DNA of 50,370 nt from a virus (Duplodnaviria > Caudoviricetes). Of the stretch, positions 1 through 8,782 are shown one piece after another. Below the pieces are notes generated by a model that did not search any database, was not told the origin of the DNA, and saw only the letters and a list, made by a program, of their open reading frames with translations. The translations under genes were made by a program, and so were the position numbers. The stretch is from positions 1-50,370 of IMG/VR virus record IMGVR_UViG_3300021057_000003; one strand, given 5' to 3'. Numbering within the stretch: position 1 is the first letter of the stretch; the number at the start of each line of letters is the position of its first letter.

Positions 1-127
1 TGATCGTTCTGCTTGTGCACGGCTGAGAAGGCGGGCGTGTTCGATACGCGCCCCTTGCGCCTGGTAATACAGTACGCGCTCCTTCTCGGTCTCGATGGGG
101 AGCTTCATCATGTGTTCAACCAATGCA
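1..127. repeat. Terminal direct repeat, identical to 50244-50370; circular assembly overlap
   Basis: Exact 127-nt match; the length is typical of a k=127 assembler overlap. Confidence 0.95.
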
Positions 128-288
128 CGGTCTCGTGTTCGGATGTAGTGATGAAACCCTATGTGTCCTGCTGCGGAGTTGAACCAGTCAGCGATTGATG
201 AGTCCGCCTTGGGATCATCGGAAGCCGCTGGCACTTCGAGCAGTGATAAGAGAAGTCGGCGCAACCATAGTCGAAACCTACTTCTCAT
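1..288 (-). CDS. 100-aa hypothetical protein spanning the circular junction (288->1, then 50243->50229), upstream of the scaffold gene
   Basis: Manual translation MRSRFRLWLRRLLL...RAQAERSKKAS* is open across the junction; TGCTACACT extended -10-like motif upstream. Confidence 0.7.
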   Translation of the reverse strand, partial: MRSRFRLWLRRLLLSLLEVPAASDDPKADSSIADWFNSAAGHIGFHHYIRTRDRALVEHMMKLPIETEKERVLYYQAQGARIEHARLLSRAQAERS

Positions 289-316
289 GGTGAAAGTGTA
301 GCATGTGCGTTTTGCA

Positions 317-604
317 TCATTTTACGGTGCACAAAATGTACTTCTCTTCAACGATGTACAGCGTCTCTGGTGCGGAGATCTCTTCGAAGTTGTACTTTGA
401 GAAATACACACGGTCTCCCGGCTTCAATTCGATCGGCACGCGCTTCTTGAGGAGCGGCTCGAACGTGCCTGGGCCAACTGCCACGACGATCCCGGTGCCA
501 GGTGCCTTATCGTTCGAGGCTACGATGATTCCTGATGCTCGCTTATTTCCCGCTTCTTCATCAGTAAGAGGACGAATAACTACTCGGTCGTTGTAGGGTT
601 GCAT
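317..604 (-). CDS. groES: Co-chaperonin GroES (Cpn10)
   Basis: QPYNDRVVI...SGIIV...GIVVAVGPG...LKPGDRVYFSKY motifs. Confidence 0.92.
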   Translation of the reverse strand: MQPYNDRVVIRPLTDEEAGNKRASGIIVASNDKAPGTGIVVAVGPGTFEPLLKKRVPIELKPGDRVYFSKYNFEEISAPETLYIVEEKYILCTVK

Positions 605-888
605 AAAATGAACTGTGATTCGATGCTTATAAACTTCCTTCCTTCGTGCTCGAACTCATCGCCGTCGTGCCGATTGAGGGTCACTTCGGTTCCGGGGGGA
701 ATACCAGAACGGCCAGGTGAGGTGACGACGGCGGAGCGGATGTGATTGGTGAAGGTGTGGTCGATCACCTTGTCCCCCTTCATGAACTCCCGCTCCCACT
801 CCCTCGAAACCCTCAAGATGCCGTTCTCTTCCTCAACGACCTTTCCGGTGAGCTCCGCGATGATGCGGTTTCCGTAGGCGTTAAGCAC
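580..888 (-). CDS. Divergent GroES-like protein
   Basis: NAYGNRIIAE...AVVTSPG...GTEV...GDEFEHEGRKFISIESQFIL matches the Cpn10 layout. Confidence 0.6.
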   Translation of the reverse strand: MLNAYGNRIIAELTGKVVEEENGILRVSREWEREFMKGDKVIDHTFTNHIRSAVVTSPGRSGIPPGTEVTLNRHDGDEFEHEGRKFISIESQFILCNPTTTE

Positions 889-1099
889 GGTGGCGAATGG
901 TGAATCGCGGGTAAAAGCGAATGTTTCGGCCTAACCAATGCTCCGTTCCGCAACAGTCCACAGCAGGACCAACGTTCCACCAAAGTGTTCCCAAGTAGAT
1001 CTTCCACTTGAAGAACCGGAAGCGGACCTCGAAATACTCGCTGCGGGGGGACTTAACGATATGGACCTTGCCCTGGTAGGGGGTGCAGTGACAGTTCAT
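881..1099 (-). CDS. Hypothetical protein
   Basis: Overlaps the terL stop (ATGA) and the next gene. Confidence 0.55.
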   Translation of the reverse strand: MNCHCTPYQGKVHIVKSPRSEYFEVRFRFFKWKIYLGTLWWNVGPAVDCCGTEHWLGRNIRFYPRFTIRHRA

Positions 1100-2628
1100 G
1101 AATAGAAACTCTTCGTTGCTTTACGCTTTTCTTTTAAACGGTCCTTCTTCACCTTCATACGGAGGCGGAAGAACCTGTCCTCCATCGAGGTGGTCGTTTC
1201 ATAGGGTGTCGGGCCTGAGTTCAAGCCATATCTGAGCGCGTCTGGTGCATGGTCCTCCTGCGTCGTGTCAACGTCCTCCACTTTCGTGTCGTCGTAGATG
1301 AGGGCCGGGAGAGTCCTGATGAGGTTCTTGCAGACGTTGAAGACGGCCACCTTCGCGATCACCTTGCCTTCAGCCTCGTAGGGCTTCAGGTATTCGCGGA
1401 CACGCTGCCAGCCGATGATTCGCTCATTCATTCCGCGTTTCAGCATGAGCTCAGTTGACAGACCTGGCATTTCTACCGGGATGTTCTTGTTCTTTTCCCG
1501 CATCACCTCGCGATACCTGGCCTGCATGATTTCAGCTCCGGAGAGGCCGTTCTCAGCTTCGCCTTTCCGTGCCCAGATAGCCGGGTCAAACACCCAATAG
1601 TCAATGCGCTCGTCGCCCGGTGTGTTCGCGATGATCTCGTCTACGAGCTGCGAGTAGGTGTACTCGGTGACATAGAGCTCGCGGTAGATGAATACGCGCT
1701 CTTCTGGTGAGACAGCGCCCCACAGGACCGCCGAAGGCGCTTTGTATCCATAGTCACCCATGAGGAACCGCTTCCAGTTCTTGGGGATGGCGAAGGGCTC
1801 ACAGACATGGATGTCTTCGCGCCACTCAGCAAAGTACTGCCCCGCAAAGAGATCCCACTCTCCCTCGCGCCAGGCTTTCCCCAGGTCGCCTGAGAGGGAT
1901 TCGAGGTAGTCGCGGTATTCGGCGTTGACAAAGGCGTTGTCCTTGTACGTCGATGGGATGAACCTGGTCTCGTGCTCCAGGCCGATCCGGTGCGGCTGGA
2001 TGTAGCGCTCTTTGACGTAGCTGTGCCCGATGCCGCCTGGGTTGAAGGAGGTGTACATCCTCGGACGCCAGCCGTCCTTCGAGGTACGAAGGGAGCCGCG
2101 GATCTTGGTGACCTTCTCTTTGGTGAGCTGGTTCACCTCCTCGATCGCGATCAAGTCGTATTCGATCCCGATGTACTTGTCGATGTCCTTGTCGTCCTTG
2201 AATCCGCCGAGGAGGACGCGGGAGCCATTCGGGAAGGAGAGGGTGTTACTGGCGCGGTTGTAGTTGTAGTCAACCTTCCCAGCGAAGACCTTAATGATTA
2301 AGTCCTCAAACGATTCCTTCGCGGAGATCCCGGTCTGGCGGAGGAAGAGTGCCTTCAGCCGGGGCATCCGCTGGCAGTCGTCTAAGCCGATCTGGGCCAT
2401 TACGGCGTGCGATTTGCCTGGTCCTCGGGCTCCCCCTACACCGATGTCCACAGGCCCCAGGGCATGGTCTGCCTGGCGGCAGATGGCATGGAAGTTGAGC
2501 TGCCACGGTAAAGGCACGTAGCCACGGGATACGAACCCGGCGATCTGGTCCTTCGGGCAACCCGCTTCTCGGGCTTTGGTGAAGAACTTGGTATATCGCT
2601 CTACTTCTTTGTCGTTTTCCCCTTCCAT
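1096..2628 (-). CDS. terL: Terminase large subunit
   Basis: Walker A GGARGPGKS, Walker B IAIEE, SFNPGG coupling motif, RNase H-like nuclease GDYG...DHAPDALRY. Confidence 0.96.
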   Translation of the reverse strand: MEGENDKEVERYTKFFTKAREAGCPKDQIAGFVSRGYVPLPWQLNFHAICRQADHALGPVDIGVGGARGPGKSHAVMAQIGLDDCQRMPRLKALFLRQTGISAKESFEDLIIKVFAGKVDYNYNRASNTLSFPNGSRVLLGGFKDDKDIDKYIGIEYDLIAIEEVNQLTKEKVTKIRGSLRTSKDGWRPRMYTSFNPGGIGHSYVKERYIQPHRIGLEHETRFIPSTYKDNAFVNAEYRDYLESLSGDLGKAWREGEWDLFAGQYFAEWREDIHVCEPFAIPKNWKRFLMGDYGYKAPSAVLWGAVSPEERVFIYRELYVTEYTYSQLVDEIIANTPGDERIDYWVFDPAIWARKGEAENGLSGAEIMQARYREVMREKNKNIPVEMPGLSTELMLKRGMNERIIGWQRVREYLKPYEAEGKVIAKVAVFNVCKNLIRTLPALIYDDTKVEDVDTTQEDHAPDALRYGLNSGPTPYETTTSMEDRFFRLRMKVKKDRLKEKRKATKSFYS

Positions 2629-2681
2629 GAAGATGAGTACATGGTAGCATCCCCCGCAAACGGTATATTTTCATCTCTAAA

Positions 2682-3056
2682 ATGAACCGAGCTGAAGCCA
2701 TCATGTACGACATACTGCGGAAAGCCTTTCCGGGTGAAGTCGTGCGCGTGCGCTTCCGCCCTGAGTGGATGAAAAATCCACTCACACAGCAGGAACTGGA
2801 GTTGGACTTCTTCTTACCTGCGCGGAACTTGGCAGTAGAAGTTAATGGTCCTGAGCATGAGTTACCTACTCAGAAGATCAGGGATTCAATTAAGGCCAGG
2901 ATCTGCAAGGAACGGGGTATTCAACTCATTTCCACCCCTGCAACGCCTGAGGGTTTGCTCGATGCTTGTACGCGCTTCCAGGTACGTCACAGCTTCTCTT
3001 ACCGTGTGAATCCGTTTAAGAGGCCACATGCGTTTAAGCGCAAACGCGTCTGCTAA
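2682..3056 (+). CDS. PD-(D/E)XK / Vsr-DUF559-like endonuclease inserted antisense between terS and terL
   Basis: RPEWMKNP...LELDFF...LAVEVNGPEH...RDSIK..IC...GIQLI motif. Confidence 0.75.
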   Translation: MNRAEAIMYDILRKAFPGEVVRVRFRPEWMKNPLTQQELELDFFLPARNLAVEVNGPEHELPTQKIRDSIKARICKERGIQLISTPATPEGLLDACTRFQVRHSFSYRVNPFKRPHAFKRKRVC

Positions 3057-3537
3057 ACTAGTACACAGCAAAGACCTGAGCTCGCGTTTAGTACCGACGC
3101 GCCAATCGTCTTCCTGAAGTTTGGGGAGAGTAATGGATCAAAAAGACAGCCAACGACAATAGGCCAGGTCGATCTAGCTAAATACCATTGAAATAGAGGG
3201 TTCCGGACGGTACTTCTCTATATCTGTTATTGCGAACATTCCTCAGAATGATTCGTATTCACAACACGGCTATTCCTGGTTGTCAATACATCTATTTCCC
3301 TTCTAAAAAATTTTAAGGGTGTGTGTGCTGGTGTAGGGTACGGGTGATCTACTACCAGTGGGGTTCTTCGAGTCGGGTATACCCCCTTCCTTGATTCATA
3401 TTGAATATTGTTGTGTAGTACAGCACAAACACACCTCTCCTCCCACCCTACCCCACAACTGCACCTACCCCACCCTCAAAGAATGGCTCAGTAGAGCCGT
3501 AGAATCAGGTTGATTCGGTTAATGCATATTGTGCGAA

Positions 3538-4008
3538 CTAAGATTCCTCCTCTCCGTATGCCTTCATCATGGCTTTGAGCACTGATTCCTGAATCGGTAG
3601 ACCGCCAGAAGTGTGGTCGATTTGCTGTTTCTCCGTGAAGTCCTTATCAGCCCTGCTAGCAACGAACTCAGCACTCTTGTACTTATAAAACGGCTTACCT
3701 TCGCTATCCAGCTTCCCTTCTACAGCATCTTGCAAGACACCTCTTGCTTTTTCCACTAGATGTTGTGTACTCACGGACTCTAACGGAATCCGTAACCAAG
3801 GATAATCACGGGCTATAAGCTGTTCTGCATACTTCTGAGAGTAGCCAGCTCGCAAAGCAGACTGCAATCCATTGTTGAATGTGGGTGAATCAGGCTTGAA
3901 ATAGTACTCTAAGAAGTTCAAGCGTCGTGGGTCGAGTCGTTGCGCTACATCTCTCGGCTTAGACTTCCGTTTGACAGCTACCTCTTGTGTGTGTTCTATT
4001 GATTCCAT
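3538..4008 (-). CDS. terS: Terminase small subunit
   Basis: F..YY...NGLQSALRAGYS HTH and C-terminal QIDHTSGG; lies upstream of terL. Confidence 0.85.
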   Translation of the reverse strand: MESIEHTQEVAVKRKSKPRDVAQRLDPRRLNFLEYYFKPDSPTFNNGLQSALRAGYSQKYAEQLIARDYPWLRIPLESVSTQHLVEKARGVLQDAVEGKLDSEGKPFYKYKSAEFVASRADKDFTEKQQIDHTSGGLPIQESVLKAMMKAYGEEES

Positions 4009-4009
4009 G

Positions 4010-4061
4010 TGTGGATAAGGGCTTGACGTTAAGTTATCAAGGCGTATTGTGTAAGTATACT
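4010..4061 (+). promoter_or_regulatory. Sigma70-like promoter of the + strand early operon, preceded by a perfect DnaA box
   Basis: TGTGGATAA 4010-4018; TTGACG 4023-4028, 16 nt spacer, TATTGT 4045-4050; alternative TATACT at 4056. Confidence 0.6.
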
Positions 4062-4083
4062 AGCAATTAAAACATGCAAGTTT

Positions 4084-4242
4084 ATGATAAAGAACGATAG
4101 GTATTCTCAGTCATTTGGAGAGTACATGCAGAAGGAAGTGAGGAAGCAGAAGTGGATTGATGCAGTCGTGTTGGGGGTTCAATTGGCAGGAGGTTTAGCA
4201 TTAGCGTACATCTTCGTCGTGATGTATCTTTCGGCGTTTTAG
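4084..4242 (+). CDS. 52-aa membrane protein
   Basis: Manual translation MIKNDRY...GVQLAGGLALAYIFVVMYLSAF*, with a C-terminal TM segment. Confidence 0.6.
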   Translation: MIKNDRYSQSFGEYMQKEVRKQKWIDAVVLGVQLAGGLALAYIFVVMYLSAF

Positions 4243-4243
4243 T

Positions 4244-4384
4244 ATGAGCGAACGAGAGAAAGAACTGAGGCTGAGAGAGCATGATCTGTGGGAGAAGCTC
4301 GACACGCTTCATTGTCCCCACGATCTCATAGAGAAGCTCATACAGGTGAGGATAGAACTAGACAGACTTATACATAACAACTAA
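4244..4384 (+). CDS. 46-aa hypothetical protein
   Basis: Manual translation MSEREKELRL...; tightly packed in the operon. Confidence 0.55.
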   Translation: MSEREKELRLREHDLWEKLDTLHCPHDLIEKLIQVRIELDRLIHNN

Positions 4385-4388
4385 AAAC

Positions 4389-4541
4389 ATGCAAGATCTA
4401 CATGTAGGACAGGTTGTCCGCTTGAAGGGGGCCGAGGGAACGTTCACCATCTCAGAAATTGACGGGGACATGGTGGCGTTCGTGGGAGATGAACCGGGTG
4501 AGAGCTACGTCGATTTGAAAGACGTGGAGCCTATCAATTAA
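4389..4541 (+). CDS. 50-aa small beta-barrel (SH3/KOW-like) protein
   Basis: MQDLHVGQVVRLKG...; AAAACATG start context shared with neighbours. Confidence 0.6.
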   Translation: MQDLHVGQVVRLKGAEGTFTISEIDGDMVAFVGDEPGESYVDLKDVEPIN

Positions 4542-4552
4542 GCACTTAAAAC

Positions 4553-4804
4553 ATGCGAACAACAAGAAAGTTTGAAGTGAAGACGGGGAAGAATAGAGGC
4601 ACATACATCATTTGTACGGATGAGAAGGAGGCTAGAAAGCTTTTGAAGCGCAATGGATGGGGAATACTCGTACGAGACTACAACTATGACTTCTACAAGC
4701 GCCACCAGGCGCAAGGTGAGGAAGTCATCATTACCCACTCATGCTACGCGCCAAGTCTCGCTAAGAAGTGGTGGGAAGCACAGCGCATTCCAGTCATTGT
4801 TTAG
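4553..4804 (+). CDS. Hypothetical early protein
   Basis: ORF track; TAAAACATG start context. Confidence 0.7.
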   Translation: MRTTRKFEVKTGKNRGTYIICTDEKEARKLLKRNGWGILVRDYNYDFYKRHQAQGEEVIITHSCYAPSLAKKWWEAQRIPVIV

Positions 4805-4859
4805 CGTCTCCCTAGCCCTTGCAATGCGTTTGTAGGGGCACTGGGGCACACTAGTGCCA

Positions 4860-4880
4860 TGGTTCTTTGACAACTGAATA
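4860..4880 (+). promoter_or_regulatory. boxA-like antitermination motif
   Basis: TGGTTCTTTGACAACTGAATA resembles rrn boxA and follows a hairpin. Confidence 0.5.
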
Positions 4881-4939
4881 CCAAGCGTCCTTATCCCATT
4901 CGTGGGCGGGGTGCTTGTTATCTACATAATCAAAGAAAC

Positions 4940-5398
4940 ATGCAGAAAACAAATGAACGCGAGGCGACTAAGTACTATGAGCTAGTGGCACGGCGAGGAG
5001 ACGAATACATCATGCTTGACGAGACGTTTAAGTACGGTGACGGCTTCCACGGCGCGACTGGTTCGACGTTTAGACTTGTCTCTCGGGAGGAATACGAGGA
5101 ACGAACAAGCCCCGAAGCTATACGAGACTCATATGAGTACATATGGCGCGAGCAAGCTGGTCGTGGTGACACTGAACTAGGCTTGACTGAGTGGCTTGAG
5201 CAAATTGACCCTGATGAGATTTTTGATGACACACAATACGCTGACCTCGTAAGAGAGCGTGCTGGGGTGTCGGAAGAGGATTACCCCATAGTGGAATGTG
5301 TCGGCGGTGGTCGATGCTTCTCAGTTGGCGATGAGTATGACGAGGTTTTTCGCCCCGATTTGCTCGATGTTATCAAGCAAGCAGAAGCGGGAAACTAG
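4940..5398 (+). CDS. Acidic hypothetical early protein
   Basis: 152-aa, D/E-rich ORF. Confidence 0.75.
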   Translation: MQKTNEREATKYYELVARRGDEYIMLDETFKYGDGFHGATGSTFRLVSREEYEERTSPEAIRDSYEYIWREQAGRGDTELGLTEWLEQIDPDEIFDDTQYADLVRERAGVSEEDYPIVECVGGGRCFSVGDEYDEVFRPDLLDVIKQAEAGN

Positions 5399-5399
5399 T

Positions 5400-5708
5400 A
5401 TGAAACTCTACGCCACAGTTAGCTCAGAGCGAGCCACAAAGGGACAGGGAGGGAATGAGTTTTTGGAGATAGTCATTTCCGGCGCTCATCAAACAGAACT
5501 CATCACACTCAAATTGCTTCCAAACGGAAGCGGTTATGAGTTGCAAGGATGGACACATGACAATCACTTCGTGCAAGTCATGATTGAAGAGAACCTAACA
5601 AAAGGTGAAAGGCAAAAAGGCAAAGCATGCGCAAAATGCGGAGCAGGAACAATGCACGATGGAAATTGTGCAGGGTGCTGGGCTCCGCAGGAGTTGTGCA
5701 CATGCTAA
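5400..5708 (+). CDS. Hypothetical protein with C-terminal Zn ribbon
   Basis: MKLYATVSSERATKGQGGN...CAKC...CAGC; ATG immediately follows the upstream stop. Confidence 0.7.
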   Translation: MKLYATVSSERATKGQGGNEFLEIVISGAHQTELITLKLLPNGSGYELQGWTHDNHFVQVMIEENLTKGERQKGKACAKCGAGTMHDGNCAGCWAPQELCTC

Positions 5709-5725
5709 ACGTCAAAAAGCGAAAG

Positions 5726-5759
5726 ACCGGCTAATTCAAAACGAATTAGCCGGTTTTTT
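5726..5759 (+). terminator. Rho-independent terminator of the early operon
   Basis: ACCGGCTAATTC/GAATTAGCCGGT stem followed by a T run. Confidence 0.85.
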
Positions 5760-6157
5760 GTTGTCCATCCCCACACTATCCACAGTCTCCCAAAATGGAC
5801 GCAACTTTCAAACACCGAGGGAACAGAGCCCCCTGCCCTAACCTGGCCGGTCGCAGAAATATTTCAATACCCCTCCCCCTCTCCTCGCTCCTCGCTCCTC
5901 CCCGACCGAAGCTTGCGAAGGAAGGAGGGAAGAACACTTCCCGAAGGAGGAGGTCACGGCGCAGGAGGTTCGAAATCCGCTGTGGATAGAGGGGAGATGA
6001 GGTGGAATGCGTCCCCATAGACAATTCCCCTCACCTAGACGCCGTACTTATGGGTGTGGACAAGGGAGGTTTGCGGCCCGGCTCAGGTGTGCTAGAGTAG
6101 ATGAGTTGGAGCCGTTCCAACAATTTTGTTCCCGTAAGGGGACGCTGCATGTTTTCT

Positions 6158-6184
6158 AAAAAGGGCCCCGCAAGGGCCTTTTTT
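6158..6184. terminator. Bidirectional terminator
   Basis: AAAAAGGGCCCC-GCAA-GGGCCTTTTTT. Confidence 0.75.
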
Positions 6185-6187
6185 AGT

Positions 6188-6319
6188 TTAGTAGGTGCGG
6201 TAGCCGAGCCTCTTCTGCTTCTCAATGAGCCTCGCTCGCCACTCAGGCGTCTGCCACTTCTTCCGAATCATTTCTCCAAACTTCTTCCTACGTGCTGCCT
6301 CTTTAGGTGATATGTTCAT
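6188..6319 (-). CDS. 43-aa basic protein
   Basis: Manual translation MNISPKEAARRKKFGEM...; overlaps the upstream stop (ATGA). Confidence 0.5.
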   Translation of the reverse strand: MNISPKEAARRKKFGEMIRKKWQTPEWRARLIEKQKRLGYRTY

Positions 6320-6657
6320 GGTCGTTTCTTAGGTCTGCCCCGCTTTCGATATGAAGACGGAGACTCGCATTCCTGGATGGTGCCGGGGGTCGTCATCGAG
6401 ACGATTGCACCGCCCAGATAGCGTCGTTTAAGCTCCTCGATCTCCTCTGCTGCCTTCCCATTGTATTTCTTCAGCTCGGTCATCACGAGCAAGAGCTGTT
6501 CATCCCGAAGTGCAAGCTGGCTCTCAAAGAGATTGCGTTCTCGGAGAACCTTCTTGTTCTCGGTATGCAGTGATTCAATATAGTTTTTGATGTGCTCGTA
6601 GCTCTCTGTCGTCCGGAAAAGGTACTGCTTGCCACCGATCAGGTATCGCCGCGCCAT
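6316..6657 (-). CDS. Coiled-coil protein with C-terminal AT-hook-like motif
   Basis: RKRGRPKK at the C-terminus. Confidence 0.65.
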   Translation of the reverse strand: MARRYLIGGKQYLFRTTESYEHIKNYIESLHTENKKVLRERNLFESQLALRDEQLLLVMTELKKYNGKAAEEIEELKRRYLGGAIVSMTTPGTIQECESPSSYRKRGRPKKRP

Positions 6658-6661
6658 GCAA

Positions 6662-7033
6662 TTAGATGTCTGATGTATCTCCTACGGGTGAAAGGTCCCG
6701 TTCTGCGATGACGAGGTTCTCTCGGTCCTCTTCCATCATGGCGTGCAGGATGGCGAGGTAGTTGATTGCGTCTTGTATGCGGCCCTCCATAGGCTCTGAT
6801 TCCACCTGTGGATAGGAGGGAGATGTCTTGATCGCGTTCATGATGGACGCCAGGTGCTTCGAGAGATACACCGCAAGGATCTGGTACTTGGTCATCCCAA
6901 GGCTCTCAGCGCCCTTCTTGAAGTTCGCAAGCGCGTCTTCCTTCCCTGAGTAATCCTTCCCCTTTGCATCGAGGATGCCTCGGCACCCAGCAAAGAGCTT
7001 GTCAATTGCCTCAGTTCGTTTTTCTAGTGTCAT
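6662..7033 (-). CDS. Nucleotide-modification-associated domain protein (DUF1599/Nmad1-like)
   Basis: KGKDYS...NF...KH...E....RIQDAINYLAIL. Confidence 0.65.
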   Translation of the reverse strand: MTLEKRTEAIDKLFAGCRGILDAKGKDYSGKEDALANFKKGAESLGMTKYQILAVYLSKHLASIMNAIKTSPSYPQVESEPMEGRIQDAINYLAILHAMMEEDRENLVIAERDLSPVGDTSDI

Positions 7034-7329
7034 GATTGTTTTTTTAATGCTAAGTAAAGTCGGGCCACTGCTTCTTCGGGGGTGGAACAGTAGCCTACTG
7101 AGACATGTTCTTTCCCTCTATATTTCCCTGCTGTCCAACCTTCGTCATCTGTCGTGATGTACTGCAAGGTGAACCACGCCTTCCCACACGCCTCTATGAG
7201 TTCGGAGAGGGTGGGGACGTTGATGTAGTGCGTATAGGTTTGGTTATATGCTGTGAACAGATATTCATAGTCATCTGAAGGCATTGGAAACCCTGCATTT
7301 TCAAGCTCCTTTGCGAGTTCGTATGTCAT
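7030..7329 (-). CDS. Phage hypothetical protein
   Basis: YELAKEL..AGFP...PTLSELIEAC...TPEEAVARLYLAL. Confidence 0.75.
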   Translation of the reverse strand: MTYELAKELENAGFPMPSDDYEYLFTAYNQTYTHYINVPTLSELIEACGKAWFTLQYITTDDEGWTAGKYRGKEHVSVGYCSTPEEAVARLYLALKKQS

Positions 7330-7330
7330 A

Positions 7331-7492
7331 TCAGTAGAGGAGATAACCTACGAATGCCCAGGTGCCGAGAACGCAGATTGCGGCTCCGGTCCCCATCTCA
7401 TAGTAAGAGTTCAAAGTCTTGTGCTTGATGTAGGCCCACTCACATATAGCGATGTACCCCAGCATCCAAAGAACAAATTCAAGATGTTCCAT
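7331..7492 (-). CDS. 53-aa two-TM membrane protein
   Basis: Manual translation MEHLEFVLWMLGYIAI...WAFVGYLLY*. Confidence 0.55.
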   Translation of the reverse strand: MEHLEFVLWMLGYIAICEWAYIKHKTLNSYYEMGTGAAICVLGTWAFVGYLLY

Positions 7493-7497
7493 TTCAC

Positions 7498-8703
7498 TTA
7501 TGAATTAACAAATAATGGCCTCTGGTTCACGATGCCGTGCCTGTCGTGGATGAGGAAGTACGCCTGGCTGGGCTCCTCGAATCCGAACTGCATCCCGTAG
7601 GCGCTTGCTCCGACCGTAGATCCGTTTGAGATGTACGGCCTCGCCTGTGCCGCGGGTGTGTACGTGTGGTAGTGGCCGAAGCAGGTGAGGTCTGCCTTGT
7701 ATTGCTTGTCCCACTTCTGGGAGATCGCCTTCCACACAGGGCCGTGGATTCCTCCAAGCCCATCGTTGTATCTCCAGCCAAGGTGTCCGTGATTGAAGCG
7801 GATGGTCTTCGAGTAGATCTGCGCGTACGTGTGGTAGCTGTTATCGAGCTGGAATTTGATCTTCTTGTCGTGCTCGAACATCCCCCGTACTGCGTGGTAC
7901 ATCATCCATTCGAGTGAATGCTCCTGTTCTGATGCCACGTTCACTGGACGCTGTATCTGCATTCGAGAGTGATTCCCGACTGACCCAATGATGTGTATGG
8001 AAAGGTTCGGCTCTTCTGTGCGTAGGAACCTCAGTCCTGCAACGATCATGTCCTGAGCAAACATGGCCGCAGTGATCGGAGGAAAGGCTATCGGTGCGTC
8101 GTGCGCTTCGTTGGTGAAGAAGTCTCCACCAAGCCACAGCACCAGATTGTTGATGTCCGTCTCTGCTCTGTCTACCCGGATGAACTTCAAGACGAGCTGA
8201 AAGAATCGGGTGACTCGTGCCCGAGAGATCTCCGGGTTGTGCTTATTGAGATAGTTGACCTTGTGGTCTTCGATGATCTCTTCGCAGTGGACATCTGAGA
8301 GGAGTGCGACTGCGGTGCCCTCCCCTCTCGACCCTTGTTTTAAGGGTTCAATTCTGATTGGCTTTGGCTTATACGCTGCGATTGCTAATGCGTTTTCGAC
8401 CTCTGCTTCTTTCTCCCGAAGGGCATCGAGGAGATCCCCCTCCCTGCGCTTCATGTCCTTTACCCTTTCGCCCTGCTCCCGCAGTTTTCCATGGAGTGCA
8501 TAGTCTTTTTCTTCTTCAGCGAAGACGAGCCCCTTTCGTCCTGGTGGCACAGGCTTCAGGTAGCCGGACATTCCGCGCGATCGCAATCTGCCGTAGATTG
8601 CTGCGTCTGTGACGTTGAACTTTTGCGCGAGCTCCAGTGCGGTGTACTTTCCTTTGTTCTTCCTAATGAACTCTATTGATTTCTCTCCGTTGTGTCCCTT
8701 CAT
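7498..8703 (-). CDS. HTH plus calcineurin-like metallophosphoesterase
   Basis: SDVH, GGD, GNH, HGH and GHYH motifs; N-terminal HTH. Confidence 0.85.
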   Translation of the reverse strand: MKGHNGEKSIEFIRKNKGKYTALELAQKFNVTDAAIYGRLRSRGMSGYLKPVPPGRKGLVFAEEEKDYALHGKLREQGERVKDMKRREGDLLDALREKEAEVENALAIAAYKPKPIRIEPLKQGSRGEGTAVALLSDVHCEEIIEDHKVNYLNKHNPEISRARVTRFFQLVLKFIRVDRAETDINNLVLWLGGDFFTNEAHDAPIAFPPITAAMFAQDMIVAGLRFLRTEEPNLSIHIIGSVGNHSRMQIQRPVNVASEQEHSLEWMMYHAVRGMFEHDKKIKFQLDNSYHTYAQIYSKTIRFNHGHLGWRYNDGLGGIHGPVWKAISQKWDKQYKADLTCFGHYHTYTPAAQARPYISNGSTVGASAYGMQFGFEEPSQAYFLIHDRHGIVNQRPLFVNS

Positions 8704-8741
8704 AACGTCGCTTATCTAATAATCTTAGATTAAGAGTACAT

Positions 8742-8770
8742 GAAGAAAGCCCCGTGCAGTGACGGGGCTG
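8742..8770 (-). terminator. Terminator closing the DUF932 cassette
   Basis: AGCCCCG/CGGGGCT stem followed by a U-rich tail on the - strand. Confidence 0.65.
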
Positions 8771-8782
8771 TGTATAACTCGG

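Noticed and set aside
1-127. Biological terminal repeat
   Set aside because: The 127-nt length matches a common assembler k-mer and an ORF runs through it, so it is most likely a circularisation artefact
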